Source: a virus (Duplodnaviria > Caudoviricetes). From it: DNA of 40,861 nt. The translations under genes were made by a program, and so were the position numbers. This document shows, piece after piece, positions 25,067 to 34,768 of the stretch (the first letter of the stretch is position 1; each line of letters opens with the position of its first letter). The stretch is from IMG/VR virus record IMGVR_UViG_3300048575_000475, positions 1 through 40,861 of that record. One strand, written 5' to 3'. The notes below the pieces were generated by a model that was given only the letters and a program-made list of their open reading frames with translations, had not been told where the DNA came from and made no database searches.

Positions 25067-25273
25067 ATGGCACACCCCTTTGACCACGTCATGCCGACGC
25101 CCGAGCAGCACGCAGCCATGACGGCGATCGGCGAGGCCTTCAAACCGGCCCTGGCCGCCCTGGAGGCTATGCCGCCCAGCCGTCACCGCTCGCTGGCCCT
25201 CACCGACCTGGAGTCCGCCATGATGTGGGCCAAGCGGGGCGTGATGTTCCCGCCCACCCAGGGTGATCGGTAA
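25067..25273 (+). CDS. Acb2/Tad1-like anti-defence signal sponge
   Basis: F..H.PT.EQ...PPSRHRSLALTDLESAMMWAKRG; GAGGAG RBS. Confidence 0.75.
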   Translation: MAHPFDHVMPTPEQHAAMTAIGEAFKPALAALEAMPPSRHRSLALTDLESAMMWAKRGVMFPPTQGDR

Positions 25274-25276
25274 GCC

Positions 25277-26425
25277 ATGACCAGAGTCAACCGCTTCGAT
25301 CGTGGCCAGATCCGGGCCCCGGTCCGAACGCCTCAGGGCTACCTCAAGCTGGACGCCGTTGCCACCCGCACCGGCGTCTTCGTCTATGCGAACCCCGACG
25401 GCTCGATCCGCCGGGAGCTCCGGCATCCGGACGAGGTTTTCCACCCCGACAGCATGGCCAGCCTGGCGCAGGTGACGGTCACCGACCTGCACCCGCCGGG
25501 CCTGCTCGATGCCAGCAACACGGCCCAGTACGCCCGGGGCTTCACCGGCGAGACGGTTACCCGTGAGGACCGGTTCCTCACGGTGCCGACGGTCATCACC
25601 GACCAGGCGCTGATCGCCGACGTCGAGGCCAAGCGCAAGCAGGAAACCAGCTGCGGCTATTCCTGCGCCCTGGTGATGGACGCCGGGGTATTCGAAGGCG
25701 AGCGCTACGACGCCCGCCAAACCAACATCCGTTACAACCACCTGGCCGTCGTCCCCCGAGGGCGGGCCGGTCCTGACGTGCGACTGCGGCTGGATGCCGC
25801 TGAACAGGTGACAGACAGCGAAGGCGACCATGCGGAGGTACCGCCAGTGATCAAGATCAACATCGACGGGGTCGAGTACGAGGTCAGCGAAGCGTTCGCC
25901 GCCGCCTACTCCGCCCAACGGCGGGCCGACACCGTGGCCCTGTCTGCCGCCACCGAGCGTGGCGACAAGGCCATTGCCGACGCCAAAGCCGCCACCGAAC
26001 GGGCTGACGCCATCCAGGCCAAGCTCGACGCCGCCGACGAGCAGCTGAAGGCCCGGACCGACGCCGACCTGCCGGCCATGGTCAAGGCTCGTCGTGGCCT
26101 GGAGCGCAGCGCCGCCAAGGCCCTGCCGGACGATACCAAGTTCGACGACATGACGGACTCCCAGATCAAGCTGGCCGTCATCGCCGCTGTCTCGCCCGAA
26201 GCCAAGATGGACGGCAAGAGCGAGGCCTACATCGATGCCCGCTTCGATGCGGCGATCGAGGTGGCCGAGTCCCGCACCGATTCCACCGATGACCTCCGCA
26301 AGGCCGCCGGCGACGCCAAGCGGTCCGATGCTGGCGCCGACCGGGCCGACGCCGCCCGCGACAACATGATCAAGCGCAACAGCGAGGCCTGGAAACAGCC
26401 TCTGAATGACAAGGGGGGCAAGTAA
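25277..26425 (+). CDS. DUF2213 prohead protease/scaffold
   Basis: RTPQGYL, RTGVFVY, VTDLHP, SCGY, NHLAVVPRGRAG; coiled C-terminus. Confidence 0.9.
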   Translation: MTRVNRFDRGQIRAPVRTPQGYLKLDAVATRTGVFVYANPDGSIRRELRHPDEVFHPDSMASLAQVTVTDLHPPGLLDASNTAQYARGFTGETVTREDRFLTVPTVITDQALIADVEAKRKQETSCGYSCALVMDAGVFEGERYDARQTNIRYNHLAVVPRGRAGPDVRLRLDAAEQVTDSEGDHAEVPPVIKINIDGVEYEVSEAFAAAYSAQRRADTVALSAATERGDKAIADAKAATERADAIQAKLDAADEQLKARTDADLPAMVKARRGLERSAAKALPDDTKFDDMTDSQIKLAVIAAVSPEAKMDGKSEAYIDARFDAAIEVAESRTDSTDDLRKAAGDAKRSDAGADRADAARDNMIKRNSEAWKQPLNDKGGK

Positions 26426-26428
26426 GCC

Positions 26429-27193
26429 ATGAGCCAGACCAGCTACTCGCAGTACTATGCGGCGGCCATCGCTGGCCTCCTCGCCGACATGGGCAACCGG
26501 GAGGTGCTCAGCCGCAAGGCCGAGGGCACGATCGCCTTTGGCACCGGCCTGGTCCGGGCGGCCGAGAACGCCAACACCGAAGCCGTTCGGAACCCGGTGC
26601 CGAACATCAACCTGCTCACCTTCAGCGCCGCCTTCACCACGGACAACGTGTTCAACGGCGACCTGCTCGGCGTCGCCCTCGGCCCGGTCACCTTCGACAC
26701 GTCCAGCGTGGCTACGATCAGCCTGATCGCCGCTGCCATGGCGAGCGTCGACGGCATTGCCAGCGCCACACCCGGCACCAACTCGATCACGATCACGGCT
26801 GACCCCGGTGTGAATGCCCTGCTCGAAAACATGACGATCACGGACGGCGCTTCACAGGCGACGATGACCCAGGCCAAGACCACGGCCGATGTCTTCGCCG
26901 GCGCTGCCGTCGCCCAGGGGCACGTCGAGCAGAGCGCCTCTGGCGTTGCCCAGTATGCGGTCGGCGATGCCGTCAACCTCCTGTCGCGAGGTCGGATCTA
27001 CGTCCCCGTCGACCAGACCGTCACCCCTGCCGACACGCCCCACCTTCGGTACACGGCGGGCGCCGGTGCGTCGGTCGTCGGGTCGTTCCGAAAGGACACC
27101 GACAGCGGGAAGGCCATGGCGCTCACCGGCTGCCGGTTCGTCCAGGGCGCCACCGCCGGCGGCCTCGCCATCCTCGAAATCAACCTGCCGTAG
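26429..27193 (+). CDS. Capsid cement/decoration protein with inserted domain
   Basis: AGLLAD...IAFG...AVNLLSRGRIYV; position before the capsid gene. Confidence 0.75.
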   Translation: MSQTSYSQYYAAAIAGLLADMGNREVLSRKAEGTIAFGTGLVRAAENANTEAVRNPVPNINLLTFSAAFTTDNVFNGDLLGVALGPVTFDTSSVATISLIAAAMASVDGIASATPGTNSITITADPGVNALLENMTITDGASQATMTQAKTTADVFAGAAVAQGHVEQSASGVAQYAVGDAVNLLSRGRIYVPVDQTVTPADTPHLRYTAGAGASVVGSFRKDTDSGKAMALTGCRFVQGATAGGLAILEINLP

Positions 27194-27199
27194 GAGGGC

Positions 27200-28147
27200 A
27201 TGATGAAGACCAAGACCATCCAGAGCGTCAACCTGGACGCCAACGAAACCATCTTCTTCGCCCGTGAGCTGGAGAGTATCAAGGCCAAGTCCTACGACGT
27301 GGTCTATCCCCAGCTCAAGGCCCGTGTCCTCATCCCGGTCAGCCATGATGCCGGCCCTGGCGCCATGTCGATCACGTACTACCAGTACGACTCGGTGGGC
27401 GTCGCCAAGATCATCAGCTCCTACGCCAAGGATCTGCCCCGGGTCGACGTGAAGGGCGAGTCGTTCACTTCGACCATCAAGAGCATCGGCGCCTCATACG
27501 GCTACAACGTCCAGGAGATCCGGGCCGCCCAGATGGCCGGCAAGCCTCTGGAACAGCGGCGGGCCAACGCTGCCCACCAGGCGGTTGAGCAGGAAATCAA
27601 CCGTATCGGGTTCAACGGCGACACCGAGCACGGCCTGCAGGGCCTGATCGGCCACCCGAACATCACGACCGACACCGTGGCCGCTGACGGTGCCGGCGGC
27701 GGTGGCAGCCAGACGGAGTGGGTCAATAAGACGGCTGACCAGATCATCCGGGACATGAACGACCTGGCCAATGGCATCGTGGACCTGACCAACGGCGTCG
27801 AGATCCCCGACACCCTGGCCATGCCGATCGCTCAGTACAGCTACATCGCCAGCACGCCCCGCAGCTCGACCAGTGACACGACCATCCTGGACTTCTTCCT
27901 GAAGAACAATCCGCACATCAAGGAGGTCACCTGGTGCGTCGAGCTGAAGGGGGCCGGCACCAGTGGCGTCGACATCATGATCGCCTACAAGCGTGACCCC
28001 GATAAGCTCACGCTGGAGATCCCCCAGGAGTTCGAACAGTTCCCGCCCCAGGAATCCGGGCTGGAGTTCGAAGTCCCCTGCCACGCCCGGTGCGGCGGCG
28101 TCATCGTCTACTATCCGCTGTCCATCAGCGTCGGGGAGGGCATCTAA
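27200..28147 (+). CDS. Major capsid protein (DUF2184 type)
   Basis: FFARELE...YPQLKA...DLPRVD...GGVIVYYP. Confidence 0.93.
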   Translation: MMKTKTIQSVNLDANETIFFARELESIKAKSYDVVYPQLKARVLIPVSHDAGPGAMSITYYQYDSVGVAKIISSYAKDLPRVDVKGESFTSTIKSIGASYGYNVQEIRAAQMAGKPLEQRRANAAHQAVEQEINRIGFNGDTEHGLQGLIGHPNITTDTVAADGAGGGGSQTEWVNKTADQIIRDMNDLANGIVDLTNGVEIPDTLAMPIAQYSYIASTPRSSTSDTTILDFFLKNNPHIKEVTWCVELKGAGTSGVDIMIAYKRDPDKLTLEIPQEFEQFPPQESGLEFEVPCHARCGGVIVYYPLSISVGEGI

Positions 28148-28149
28148 CC

Positions 28150-28605
28150 ATGGCATTGGTCCGATACAACGGCCTCAACATCTACCGGGCCGAGGGGCTC
28201 AAGTTCATGCCCGGCATCAATCAGCCGGACGATGAGGCCCTCCGGCGGGCCGGACGCAACAAGCTCCTGGTCGGCCGGTTCGAACGGCGGGAGCTGACCT
28301 TCGTTAACGGCCAGACCTGGGCCGAGTTCATCGCCGGCCCCGAGCCGAAGCCCGAGCAGTCCGGCGGTGAAAACCCTGTGGTCGGCGCTCCCGCTCCCCA
28401 GGGCGGCAAGCCGCAGGCTGAGTCGGAGCTGGCCAAGCTGAACGTCAAGGATGCCACTGCCCTGATCGAGCAGACCGTCGACGGCGATCTGCTCGCCAAG
28501 TGGCAGGGCGAAGACCAGCGGAAGGGTGTGCAGGACGCCATCACCAAGCGTCTCGAAGCCCTGGACCCGACCAAGAAGCCTGCCAACGTAGGCGAGAACC
28601 AGTAG
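28150..28605 (+). CDS. Head-associated hypothetical protein
   Basis: PGIN motif; DQRKGVQDAITKRLE C-terminus; position. Confidence 0.65.
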   Translation: MALVRYNGLNIYRAEGLKFMPGINQPDDEALRRAGRNKLLVGRFERRELTFVNGQTWAEFIAGPEPKPEQSGGENPVVGAPAPQGGKPQAESELAKLNVKDATALIEQTVDGDLLAKWQGEDQRKGVQDAITKRLEALDPTKKPANVGENQ

Positions 28606-28614
28606 GAGCCCGCC

Positions 28615-28962
28615 ATGGCCTCGATCCGCGAAATCCTCTTCGACATCGCCCCGGAGTTCGAGACGGTGGACGCTGCTGCACTGGCCCGTGTGGACCGGTT
28701 CATCGAGCGCGCCGCCGGCGAGATCAACCGGGGTGTCTGGGGAGCCAAAGCGGACGAGGCCACGGCCCTCCTGGCTGCGCACAAGCTGACCCTGCGGGGG
28801 CGGATCGGCAACGCTGCCGGCCCCGTCGTCAGCCGGAAGAACGGTGACTTCTCCGAGAGCTACGCCGCACCGCAGGGCAGCGGGGCCGACAGCAGCACCT
28901 CCTACGGCACCGAGTTTGCCCGCCTGCGGGGCACCCTGGCCATCACGCCGATCGTCCTATGA
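28615..28962 (+). CDS. Head-tail adaptor (DUF4054 type)
   Basis: APEF...LLAAH...STSYG. Confidence 0.85.
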   Translation: MASIREILFDIAPEFETVDAAALARVDRFIERAAGEINRGVWGAKADEATALLAAHKLTLRGRIGNAAGPVVSRKNGDFSESYAAPQGSGADSSTSYGTEFARLRGTLAITPIVL

Positions 28963-29504
28963 GCAGCTACGTCCGCGACACCGATCGAGGCTGGAAGCGC
29001 ATCGAGCGGGACCTGATGAAGCTCGCCGAGCTGGAGGTCGTCGTCGGCATCCAATCCGACGCCCCTGATCCCGAGGGCGCCGACGGCATGAACATGGCGG
29101 GGCTTGCCACCGTCCACGAGTTCGGCACCGACATGGCAGGCAAGAACCACGACATCGTCATCCCGGAGCGGGCCCCGCTGCGCAAGACCTTCGACACCGA
29201 GCAGGCGAATTTCGAGGAAGCCGCCCGCCGCGTCGTCGGCCTGGTCATGGATGGTCAGCGCACGCCCGAGGGCGCACTCGGCCGGCTCGGCCAGCTCGTC
29301 GAGATCAAGATCAAGAAGACCATCCAGGCCGGTCTCTCCCCGGGCCTGGCCGCCAGCACGATCACGAGGCGGATCAAGAGCGTCAAGGGCAAGGCCAAGC
29401 GCCGCCGGGCCCGCAAATCACAGAAACCGCTGCTGGATACGGGGGCCCTGCTGGGCGCCATTCGCTACGTCGTCCGACCCAGGACCCAGGGAGATACGCC
29501 ATGA
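28959..29504 (+). CDS. Neck/morphogenesis protein
   Basis: VVGI, VHEFG, IPERAPLR, KPLLDTG. Confidence 0.85.
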   Translation: MSSYVRDTDRGWKRIERDLMKLAELEVVVGIQSDAPDPEGADGMNMAGLATVHEFGTDMAGKNHDIVIPERAPLRKTFDTEQANFEEAARRVVGLVMDGQRTPEGALGRLGQLVEIKIKKTIQAGLSPGLAASTITRRIKSVKGKAKRRRARKSQKPLLDTGALLGAIRYVVRPRTQGDTP

Positions 29505-29854
29505 GCCTGCTGGGCGAAGTCCCTGTCACCATCTCCCGGCCGGCGCAGGGAGAGTATGTCGACGGTCTTTGGACCGAGCTGACCTCGCCTGCCACGCTCA
29601 TCCTTCCCCTGTCCATCCAGCCGCTGAAGGGCCGGGAGGTCGATCGCCTGCCCGAAGGCCAGCGGACACGGGGCCCGATGTGGGTCTACTGCGAGTCCGA
29701 GCTGCGCCCCCCCAACGAGGACCTGGGCATAAAGGGCGATACCTTCGCCTGGTCCGGATGCACCTACGAAGTCGGCAGCGTCGAGGACTGGACGATGTTT
29801 TCCCCGGCCCACTACAAGGCCCTCGCCCTCCTGGTCGAGCCCGACGAGGAGTAG
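29501..29854 (+). CDS. Head closure protein
   Basis: GEYVDGLW...SIQP...LPEG...HYK. Confidence 0.75.
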   Translation: MSLLGEVPVTISRPAQGEYVDGLWTELTSPATLILPLSIQPLKGREVDRLPEGQRTRGPMWVYCESELRPPNEDLGIKGDTFAWSGCTYEVGSVEDWTMFSPAHYKALALLVEPDEE

Positions 29855-29857
29855 CCC

Positions 29858-30406
29858 ATGCCCATCGAACGGGACCCGATCCGCAGTGCGCTGCGGGCCT
29901 GGGTCTTACAAGTCACGGCCCTGTCCGACGGCAAGGTCATCTGGGCCCGCCAGAACGCCCCGCGCCCCAAGCCGCCGTATGTCCTCCTCAACGACCGGGT
30001 CGCCCTGGCCCGGGTGGGCCTCGGTGATGAGGAGCGGCTGACCAACACCCCGGGCGAGATCCTCCATGTCGGTCAGCGCCGCATGACGCTCTCCGTCAAC
30101 GTGTACGGCTTGGACGCCCACAGCCTGGCCGAGCAGATCCAGGAAGGCCTCGAACTGTACTCCGTCAGGGAGCTGCTCACCGATGCCGGCCTGGCCGTCA
30201 TCGACCGCGGCCAGGTCCTCGATCTGTCGGGCCTCCTGGAAGCGAACTTCGAAGAGCGCTCCCAGCTGGACGTCATCTTCGGCCTGACCAGTACCCAAAG
30301 CGAAAACGTCGGCTGGATCGAGAGCGTCGAGACAACCGGCACCTACAACGCCGGGGGCGATCCCCCGGGCCTGATCACCGTCATCGACGACATAGGAGGG
30401 GCCTGA
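29858..30406 (+). CDS. Tail terminator/neck protein
   Basis: QNAPRPKPPY...FEERSQLDV; position. Confidence 0.75.
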   Translation: MPIERDPIRSALRAWVLQVTALSDGKVIWARQNAPRPKPPYVLLNDRVALARVGLGDEERLTNTPGEILHVGQRRMTLSVNVYGLDAHSLAEQIQEGLELYSVRELLTDAGLAVIDRGQVLDLSGLLEANFEERSQLDVIFGLTSTQSENVGWIESVETTGTYNAGGDPPGLITVIDDIGGA

Positions 30407-30407
30407 C

Positions 30408-31748
30408 GTGCCTTTGAGCGAAATCTTCACGGTCAGCATCAGCCAGGAGACGCAGTCCATCAGCGCTGCGGGCTTCGGCGTGCCGCTGATCCTCGGTGCC
30501 ACGGTGCCGATCGGCGGCACCTGGACGGAGCGCCTGCGATTCTACGCCTCCATGGCCGAGGTCGGGGATGACTTCCTCGCTGGTGACCCGGAGTACGATG
30601 CGGCCGCCGCCGCCTTCTCCCCCGACATCAAGCCGGCCCGCATCGCCATCGCCCGCCGCGAGGCGGCCGTGGCCAAGGTGCAGACGCTGACGTTGGCGGC
30701 CGACCTGGTCGCCGACAACACGCTGAGCATGACCGTCAACGGTGAAACCGTCGAGGAGACTTACGCCTCCAGCCATCAGGCGACCATGGGGGCGCTGGCA
30801 ACGGCGATCGCTGCCATCGACGGCGTGGCGTCGGCCGTTCTGAGCAGCACGCCCTATCGGGTCATCACGGTCACGGCCACCGCTGGGCGCACGTTGACCC
30901 TGGGCCCCGTGACGATCACGGGCGGAGCCGGCCAGACGACGGGGGCGATCGCCACGTCGGAAGCCGGCCGCACCATCTCCGACGACCTGACGGCCATCCA
31001 GACCGAGTCCGACGCCTGGTATGCCCTGCAGCTCGCAGCGCCGACCGACGCCGACATCCTGACGGCCGCCGCCTGGATCGAGCCCCGACAGAAGATCTTC
31101 CTCGTGGTCCTCGATGCCGCCGGCGTCATTGCCAGCACAACCACCGACGTGGCGGCCGTGCTGGATGCCCTCGGCTACAACCGAACGGGCTACGTCTACC
31201 ACGACGATGCGGGCACGTTCCCGGACGCTGCCTGGCTCGGCCGCTGTCTGCCGCTGGACCCCGGCACGGAGACGTGGGCTTTCAAGACCCTGACCGGCGT
31301 CACGGCCGTGGCGATGACCACGACTGAGGTCACCAACGCCGAGAGCAAGCACTGCAACACGTACCGCACGCTGGGCGGCGTCGACGTGACACTCCAGGGC
31401 TACATGGCCTCCGGCCGGTTCATCGACCAGGTGCGTGGCGTCGACGCCCTGCAGGCCCGGATCGAAGAGGCGGTCTTTGGTCTCCTGGTCCGTGTCCCCA
31501 AGGTCCCCTTCACCGATGCCGGCGCCACCCTGGTTGAGGCTGAGGTCCGCAAGGTTCTTTTCAGCGACGAATTCAGCAAGCCCGAGGGTGGCCTGATCGT
31601 GCGGGACTCGATCGTCATCACGGTGCCCAAGGTCAAGGACATCAGCACCAACAACCGGGCCCTCCGGCGCCTGCCCGGGCTGACCTTCAGCGGCGACTTC
31701 CAGGGCGCGATCCACGGCGGCGGCATCAGCGGCACCCTTTCGGTCTAG
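30408..31748 (+). CDS. Contractile tail sheath (DUF3383 type)
   Basis: GFGVPLILG, PGTETWAFKTLTGV, GRFIDQVRGVD, KVPFTDAG, GAIH. Confidence 0.9.
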   Translation: MPLSEIFTVSISQETQSISAAGFGVPLILGATVPIGGTWTERLRFYASMAEVGDDFLAGDPEYDAAAAAFSPDIKPARIAIARREAAVAKVQTLTLAADLVADNTLSMTVNGETVEETYASSHQATMGALATAIAAIDGVASAVLSSTPYRVITVTATAGRTLTLGPVTITGGAGQTTGAIATSEAGRTISDDLTAIQTESDAWYALQLAAPTDADILTAAAWIEPRQKIFLVVLDAAGVIASTTTDVAAVLDALGYNRTGYVYHDDAGTFPDAAWLGRCLPLDPGTETWAFKTLTGVTAVAMTTTEVTNAESKHCNTYRTLGGVDVTLQGYMASGRFIDQVRGVDALQARIEEAVFGLLVRVPKVPFTDAGATLVEAEVRKVLFSDEFSKPEGGLIVRDSIVITVPKVKDISTNNRALRRLPGLTFSGDFQGAIHGGGISGTLSV

Positions 31749-31758
31749 GAGGCGAACA

Positions 31759-32175
31759 GTGGTCAAAACCTACGATTCCAACAAGGTCGTCGTCACCTAC
31801 GGCGGCCATATCGTCAGCGGCTTCACCGACGGCGGCAAGGTCAAGGTCGCCAATAACTCCCAGGACTGGACGCTGCAGATGGGCACCGACGGCGACGGTA
31901 CCCGCTCCAGGTCGAATGACGAGAGCGCTCAGGTCACCCTGATGCTCAAGGGCTCCAGCAAGAGCAACGACGTCCTCTCCGGGTTCCGCCTGGCCGACAA
32001 GCTGACCGGTGCCGGGGTGCTGCCCCTGCTGATCAAAGACCTGCAGGGCATCACGGTCTTCTCCGGGCTGTGCTGGATCCAGAAGGCCCCCGACACCGAG
32101 ATCGGCCGGGAAAACCACGACTTCGAGTGGGTGCTCGAAACCGACAAGCTCATCAGCGCTCACGGGGGTATCTAA
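31759..32175 (+). CDS. Tail tube protein
   Basis: KTYDSNKV...GF.DG...SKSNDVL...WIQKAP. Confidence 0.85.
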   Translation: MVKTYDSNKVVVTYGGHIVSGFTDGGKVKVANNSQDWTLQMGTDGDGTRSRSNDESAQVTLMLKGSSKSNDVLSGFRLADKLTGAGVLPLLIKDLQGITVFSGLCWIQKAPDTEIGRENHDFEWVLETDKLISAHGGI

Positions 32176-32178
32176 GCC

Positions 32179-32610
32179 ATGGCCATCGAATCGCAAGAGG
32201 TCAAGATCGGCTCGACCACCTACACCATCAACCAGCACGGTCCGGACGAGGGCGACGAGATCGTGGCCTACCTCGCCAAGATCGCCGGGCCCGTCGCTGC
32301 CGCCATGCGGGGTGCCCTGGACACCGAGGTGGTATCGCCCGATTTCGGGCGGATGCTCAGCGGTGCCCTGGCCAACCTCAACGGCAAGGAGCATGCCAAG
32401 TTCATGCGTCTGCTGCTGAGTACGAGCGCGGCGGACGGGCTGCCGCTGGGCGGCCCCGGCTATGACGCCCACTTCATCGGGCGTTTGGGCGAGCGCTATC
32501 AGCTGGCGGCCCAGGTGATCAACTTCAACGGTTTTTTCGAACTCGTCGCAGCGCTCGGCGGCTTCCTGCAGCCGTCGGGCCAGACGACATCGACTGCCGC
32601 CCAGACCTGA
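32179..32610 (+). CDS. Tail assembly chaperone (gpG-like)
   Basis: Position before tape measure; YDAHF...NFNGFF. Confidence 0.8.
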   Translation: MAIESQEVKIGSTTYTINQHGPDEGDEIVAYLAKIAGPVAAAMRGALDTEVVSPDFGRMLSGALANLNGKEHAKFMRLLLSTSAADGLPLGGPGYDAHFIGRLGERYQLAAQVINFNGFFELVAALGGFLQPSGQTTSTAAQT

Positions 32611-32768
32611 AGTGGCGCAAGTGGCGGTGCGTGGTCGATCGCATCGCCACCCTGCAGGAAATCGAGACCCACTGGAGCTGGCTCGACCTGCAGCTGGCGA
32701 ACGAGGCATTGGATATCCGCAGTGAGGCCGACGTCCTCGTGGCGGAACGGAGGGAGGGTAACCGCTGA
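32532..32768 (+). other. Programmed -1 frameshift site T TTT TTC (32532-32538) and gpT-like extension
   Basis: -1 frame open for 76 codons (...IATLQEIETHWSWLDLQLANEALD...) and ends in TGATG at the tape measure start. Confidence 0.85.
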
Positions 32769-34768
32769 TGGTTGGCAGCTTGATCGTCCGCGAATTGTTG
32801 ACCAAATTTGGCTTCCAGGTCGACAAGAAGCAATGGGACAACATCAACGCCGGCCTGGGCAAGACCAAGGGGCTGAGCGAAGAGGCGGCAACCAGTTTCG
32901 TCGATCTGGGCAAGAAGATCGCCCAGATGAGCCAGGCGGCCGCCACCGACATTCGGCACATCGACGAGCAGACCAAGATCTTCGGCGGCGAGATGGAGGC
33001 CAACCGGGCGAAGGCCGATCGCCTCAAGCAGGCCATCGTCGCCCTCACCGAGCAGGGTGTGAAGGCAAACGATCACCGCCTCCGGGACCTGATCGCCGAC
33101 TACCGCAAGTACAACACCATCGCCGGCGAGGCGGAGAAGAAAACCGACTCCATGGCCGTGGCCTTCTCCGGGGTCAAAGGCAAGCTTCTGGCGATCGGCG
33201 GCAGCTTGCTCGGCGGGGCTGCCCTGAAGAAGGGCTTCGACATCTTCTCCGACTTCGACGCCAAGCTGCGCGAGGTCTCGGCTCTGACCCAGGAGACGGC
33301 GCCGAACCTGGCGAAGCTCCGGGAAGCGGCTCTCAGTCAGGGCGCTGACAGCGGCATGGGCGCCCGCCAGGCGGCCGATGGCCTGATCGAACTGTCGTCG
33401 GCTGGCTTCACGGCCAACGAGCAGCTGCAGACCCTGGCCACCACGATGAAGCTGGCCCGGGCCGGCAACGTCGAGGTGGGGGCGGCGGCCGAGTTGCTCG
33501 GCGGCACCCTGCGGCAGTTCAACCTGCCCGCCACCCAGGCCGGCGTCGTCGGCAACGTCTTGGCCCAGGCGGCGGCCGACAGCGCCGTCAGCATGAAGGA
33601 CCTGGCCTACACCATGAAAATGGGGGCCACGACAGCATCGGCGACCGGGCAATCCCTCCAGGAGGTCGCCACCTTCGCCGCCGTCATGGGCAACCGCCTG
33701 ATCCGGGGCGAGCAGGGCGGCACGATCCTCCGGGGCGCCCTGACCGAGCTGCTGAAGCCGACCAAGGAACAGGCGTCTCTGCTGGAAAACCTCGGCGTGA
33801 AGCTGGTCGACGTCAGGACGAAGGCTATGCTGCCGCTGTCCAAGATCCTCGACCAGTTGCGCACCAAGCTCGGCAAGTACGGCGCTGCGCAGCGGGTGGC
33901 CATGCTGACGACCATCTTCGGCAAGGAGCCTCTCGCCGGCATCTCGGCTGCCCTGAACATCAGCAGCGAGGCCTACGAAAAGCAGCGCAAGTCGATCATG
34001 AACGCCTCTGGCGCCCTGGACGACATGACCGGGCGCATGGATGCTGGCCCCAAGGCTGCATTGGGGCGGCTGGCGGCGACGATCGAAGACTTGGCCACTC
34101 GTGTACTGGATAAGTACGAAGTCGAGATCACGGGCGCCATCAAGGGCACTGACGATTTCTTTAGGTCCCTGAATGGCGACGGCAAGAAGCCTGACGGCCC
34201 ATTTCTCGCTATTGGTGAAGGCATTCAGACCGTCACCCCGCTGATCATCAACATGGGCAAGTCCCTTTGGGCTGCCTTCACAAGTCAGCCTGTTCAGGAC
34301 TTCCTGACGGCCACTATCCGAATCTTCGGGGCTGTCCTCACCTTTGTCGGGCAAACCCTGGGGAACATCCTCGGCCTGATCGCAAATTCCGTTATCAACT
34401 GGAACCATCCGATCGAGAACTTCAAAATCTTCTTCTCGGATCAGTTCCAGTCGATCTATGACTTCGTCGTCAAGATCATCGACCAGATCACTGGATACGT
34501 CGAAAGGTCTTTCCAGGGAGGATGGCTCGGGAAACTGGCTGGCTTGGTGCGAGATGCTGCCGGCCTTGATCACGCCGGCAATGCTGCCGAATCCTCGTTT
34601 GGCTCCAAGCCGGGGCCAGGTAACGGTCGCACCCAGCACAACACGATCAATCAATACCTGACCGATCCCAAGCAGGCCAAGCCGGCGACACATGCTGCGA
34701 CATCTGGAGCCAAAAGTGGCTTCGACGCCGCACAGGTGAAGCGCCTGGCCGGACCAGGAGGCCATTGA
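32768..34768 (+). CDS. Tape measure protein (TP901-type core)
   Basis: Ala/Gly-rich helical; GEQGGTILRG, IFGKE; position. Confidence 0.93.
   Translation: MVGSLIVRELLTKFGFQVDKKQWDNINAGLGKTKGLSEEAATSFVDLGKKIAQMSQAAATDIRHIDEQTKIFGGEMEANRAKADRLKQAIVALTEQGVKANDHRLRDLIADYRKYNTIAGEAEKKTDSMAVAFSGVKGKLLAIGGSLLGGAALKKGFDIFSDFDAKLREVSALTQETAPNLAKLREAALSQGADSGMGARQAADGLIELSSAGFTANEQLQTLATTMKLARAGNVEVGAAAELLGGTLRQFNLPATQAGVVGNVLAQAAADSAVSMKDLAYTMKMGATTASATGQSLQEVATFAAVMGNRLIRGEQGGTILRGALTELLKPTKEQASLLENLGVKLVDVRTKAMLPLSKILDQLRTKLGKYGAAQRVAMLTTIFGKEPLAGISAALNISSEAYEKQRKSIMNASGALDDMTGRMDAGPKAALGRLAATIEDLATRVLDKYEVEITGAIKGTDDFFRSLNGDGKKPDGPFLAIGEGIQTVTPLIINMGKSLWAAFTSQPVQDFLTATIRIFGAVLTFVGQTLGNILGLIANSVINWNHPIENFKIFFSDQFQSIYDFVVKIIDQITGYVERSFQGGWLGKLAGLVRDAAGLDHAGNAAESSFGSKPGPGNGRTQHNTINQYLTDPKQAKPATHAATSGAKSGFDAAQVKRLAGPGGH

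Noticed and set aside
32525-34765. 746-aa minus-strand ORF and other long antisense ORFs (21207-22844, 22577-23761, 30381-31766, 31726-33048)
   Set aside because: Shadows of high-GC coding genes; no RBS or recognisable motifs
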